Assembly (NCBI GenBank): GCA_030390025.1
Contig: CM059432.1
Span: 99,450,001 to 99,514,000, forward strand
Direction: 5' to 3'
DNA: 64,000 bases
DNA from: Squalus acanthias
Taxonomy: Eukaryota
Made by a program: the position numbers and the translations under genes. The notes under the pieces are model-generated. The model was not told the origin of the DNA. It did no database searches and worked only from the letters and a program-made list of their open reading frames with translations. Below are positions 63,101 to 64,000 of this stretch, in pieces; the first letter of the stretch is position 1; each line of letters begins with the position of its first letter.

Positions 63101-63419
63101 ATCCCTGCTGGCAAGGCTGCGCCTTCATGATGGCCGAGTTGTGGACCATGCAGTAGACCCACGAAATGGGACACCCGCTCTGGTGTGTACTGGAGGGCTC
63201 CTCCCGAGCAGTCAAGGCAGCGGAGCCATTGCTTCAGCAGCCCGATGGTCTGCTTGATGATGTTCCTGGTGGAAGCATGGCTAGCATTATATGACTGCTG
63301 GGCAGGTGTGTTGGGTTTGCGGAGGGGAGTCATGAGCCAGGTGTAGAGCGGATAGCTCTTGTCTCCGAGCAGCCACCCTCAAGTTTGACGTGGTGGCTGG
63401 AGGATTGCTGGAACACCAG
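57193..63419. mobile_element. Degenerate Harbinger (Myb partner + at ~57516-59400; transposase - at ~62950-63419) split by a nested Harbinger
   Basis: TIR-like gacctagaaatt. ERAKWFSDAALEALVVAVERR; minus-strand [26 protein letters not shown]...GGALQY. Confidence 0.8.
59413..62773. mobile_element. Nested degenerate full-length Harbinger (transposase + ~59960-61170; Myb partner - ~61500-62480)
   Basis: Perfect 12-bp TIR ggccagaatttt / aaaattctggcc with [34 protein letters not shown]. Confidence 0.9.
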
Positions 63420-63423
63420 ATGT

Positions 63424-63941
63424 TGAGATTAAATTATCTCTGGTCCTTTCAAATAAGCAGGGCTGACTGCAACCAATATGGTGGGTATGTTGTGTTTAGT
63501 CGGAGTTTAAGACTGAATATAACACATTAGCTATACAGCAAAAACATACGACCGTGACAAGCAGCTGGTACCAGTCCCGATCGGACAGATAGGTGGCATG
63601 CGCGAACAGCTCTTTGGCTTATGGCCTTTCTCCCTCTCTTTCTCTCTTCTAGAACTGCCAAGAGTGTTAGACACTCTCAGGAGCTCTTCACTCCACTGTC
63701 TGTGCTAGGGTCTTTTCAGGTCTTTCTTTTATACTCTTTTTTAGAAGTGGACCTGGGGTAGAATATTGACAAGACCATTTAAGCTATAGAGGTTCGCCTT
63801 AAAACAAGGTGCCCAATGGTATGTTGAGTTCTTTGTTTAAACCTTGGAAAAAGGGTCAACCCGCATGTTATCTCCCACCTGTCAGGGGGTCCTTTTAGCC
63901 ATGCCTTTCAGTAAGCTGAGAACTGTTTTTCCCTTATCTCA
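63424..63941 (-). mobile_element. Probable 3' LTR of a minus-strand LTR element continuing beyond the window
   Basis: tgagattaa...ttatctca inverted ends, ATGT flank on the left. Minus-strand purine tract aggaaggaaaggg (~63947-63959) just upstream; TATA-like gtataaaag at ~63730. Confidence 0.45.
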
Positions 63942-64000
63942 TCCGGCCCTTTCCTTCCTAATTTTAGCACCCTGAAAAAGTTAGCGTCCCTACCCCGTAA

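Overview
Eukaryotic (vertebrate, probably cartilaginous-fish; inferred from repeat content) DNA made up almost entirely of nested transposable elements. No host gene could be identified with confidence. The centrepiece is a ~14.9 kb endogenous retrovirus-like LTR element (38841-53745). It has an ATGT target-site duplication (TSD), ~1.6 kb LTRs, a tRNA-Arg-type PBS overlapping the gag ATG, and a PPT. It encodes gag with a CCHC knuckle but no pol. In the pol position, in frame behind the gag UGA, lies a diverged second copy of the Gag coiled-coil region. Its env has the layout of a paramyxo/pneumo/baculovirus F-type fusion protein and carries an apparent N-terminal Ig-like domain. After integration the provirus acquired a head-to-head palindromic Penelope fragment in the 5' LTR and a complete Harbinger transposon. 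The window also contains a second near-identical Harbinger with an intact transposase, several degenerate Harbingers and MITEs, CR1/L2-group LINE fragments, two SINEs, Penelope RT/GIY-YIG remnants with a minimal hammerhead ribozyme motif, and two further LTR-like segments. All alignments and counts were done by eye.
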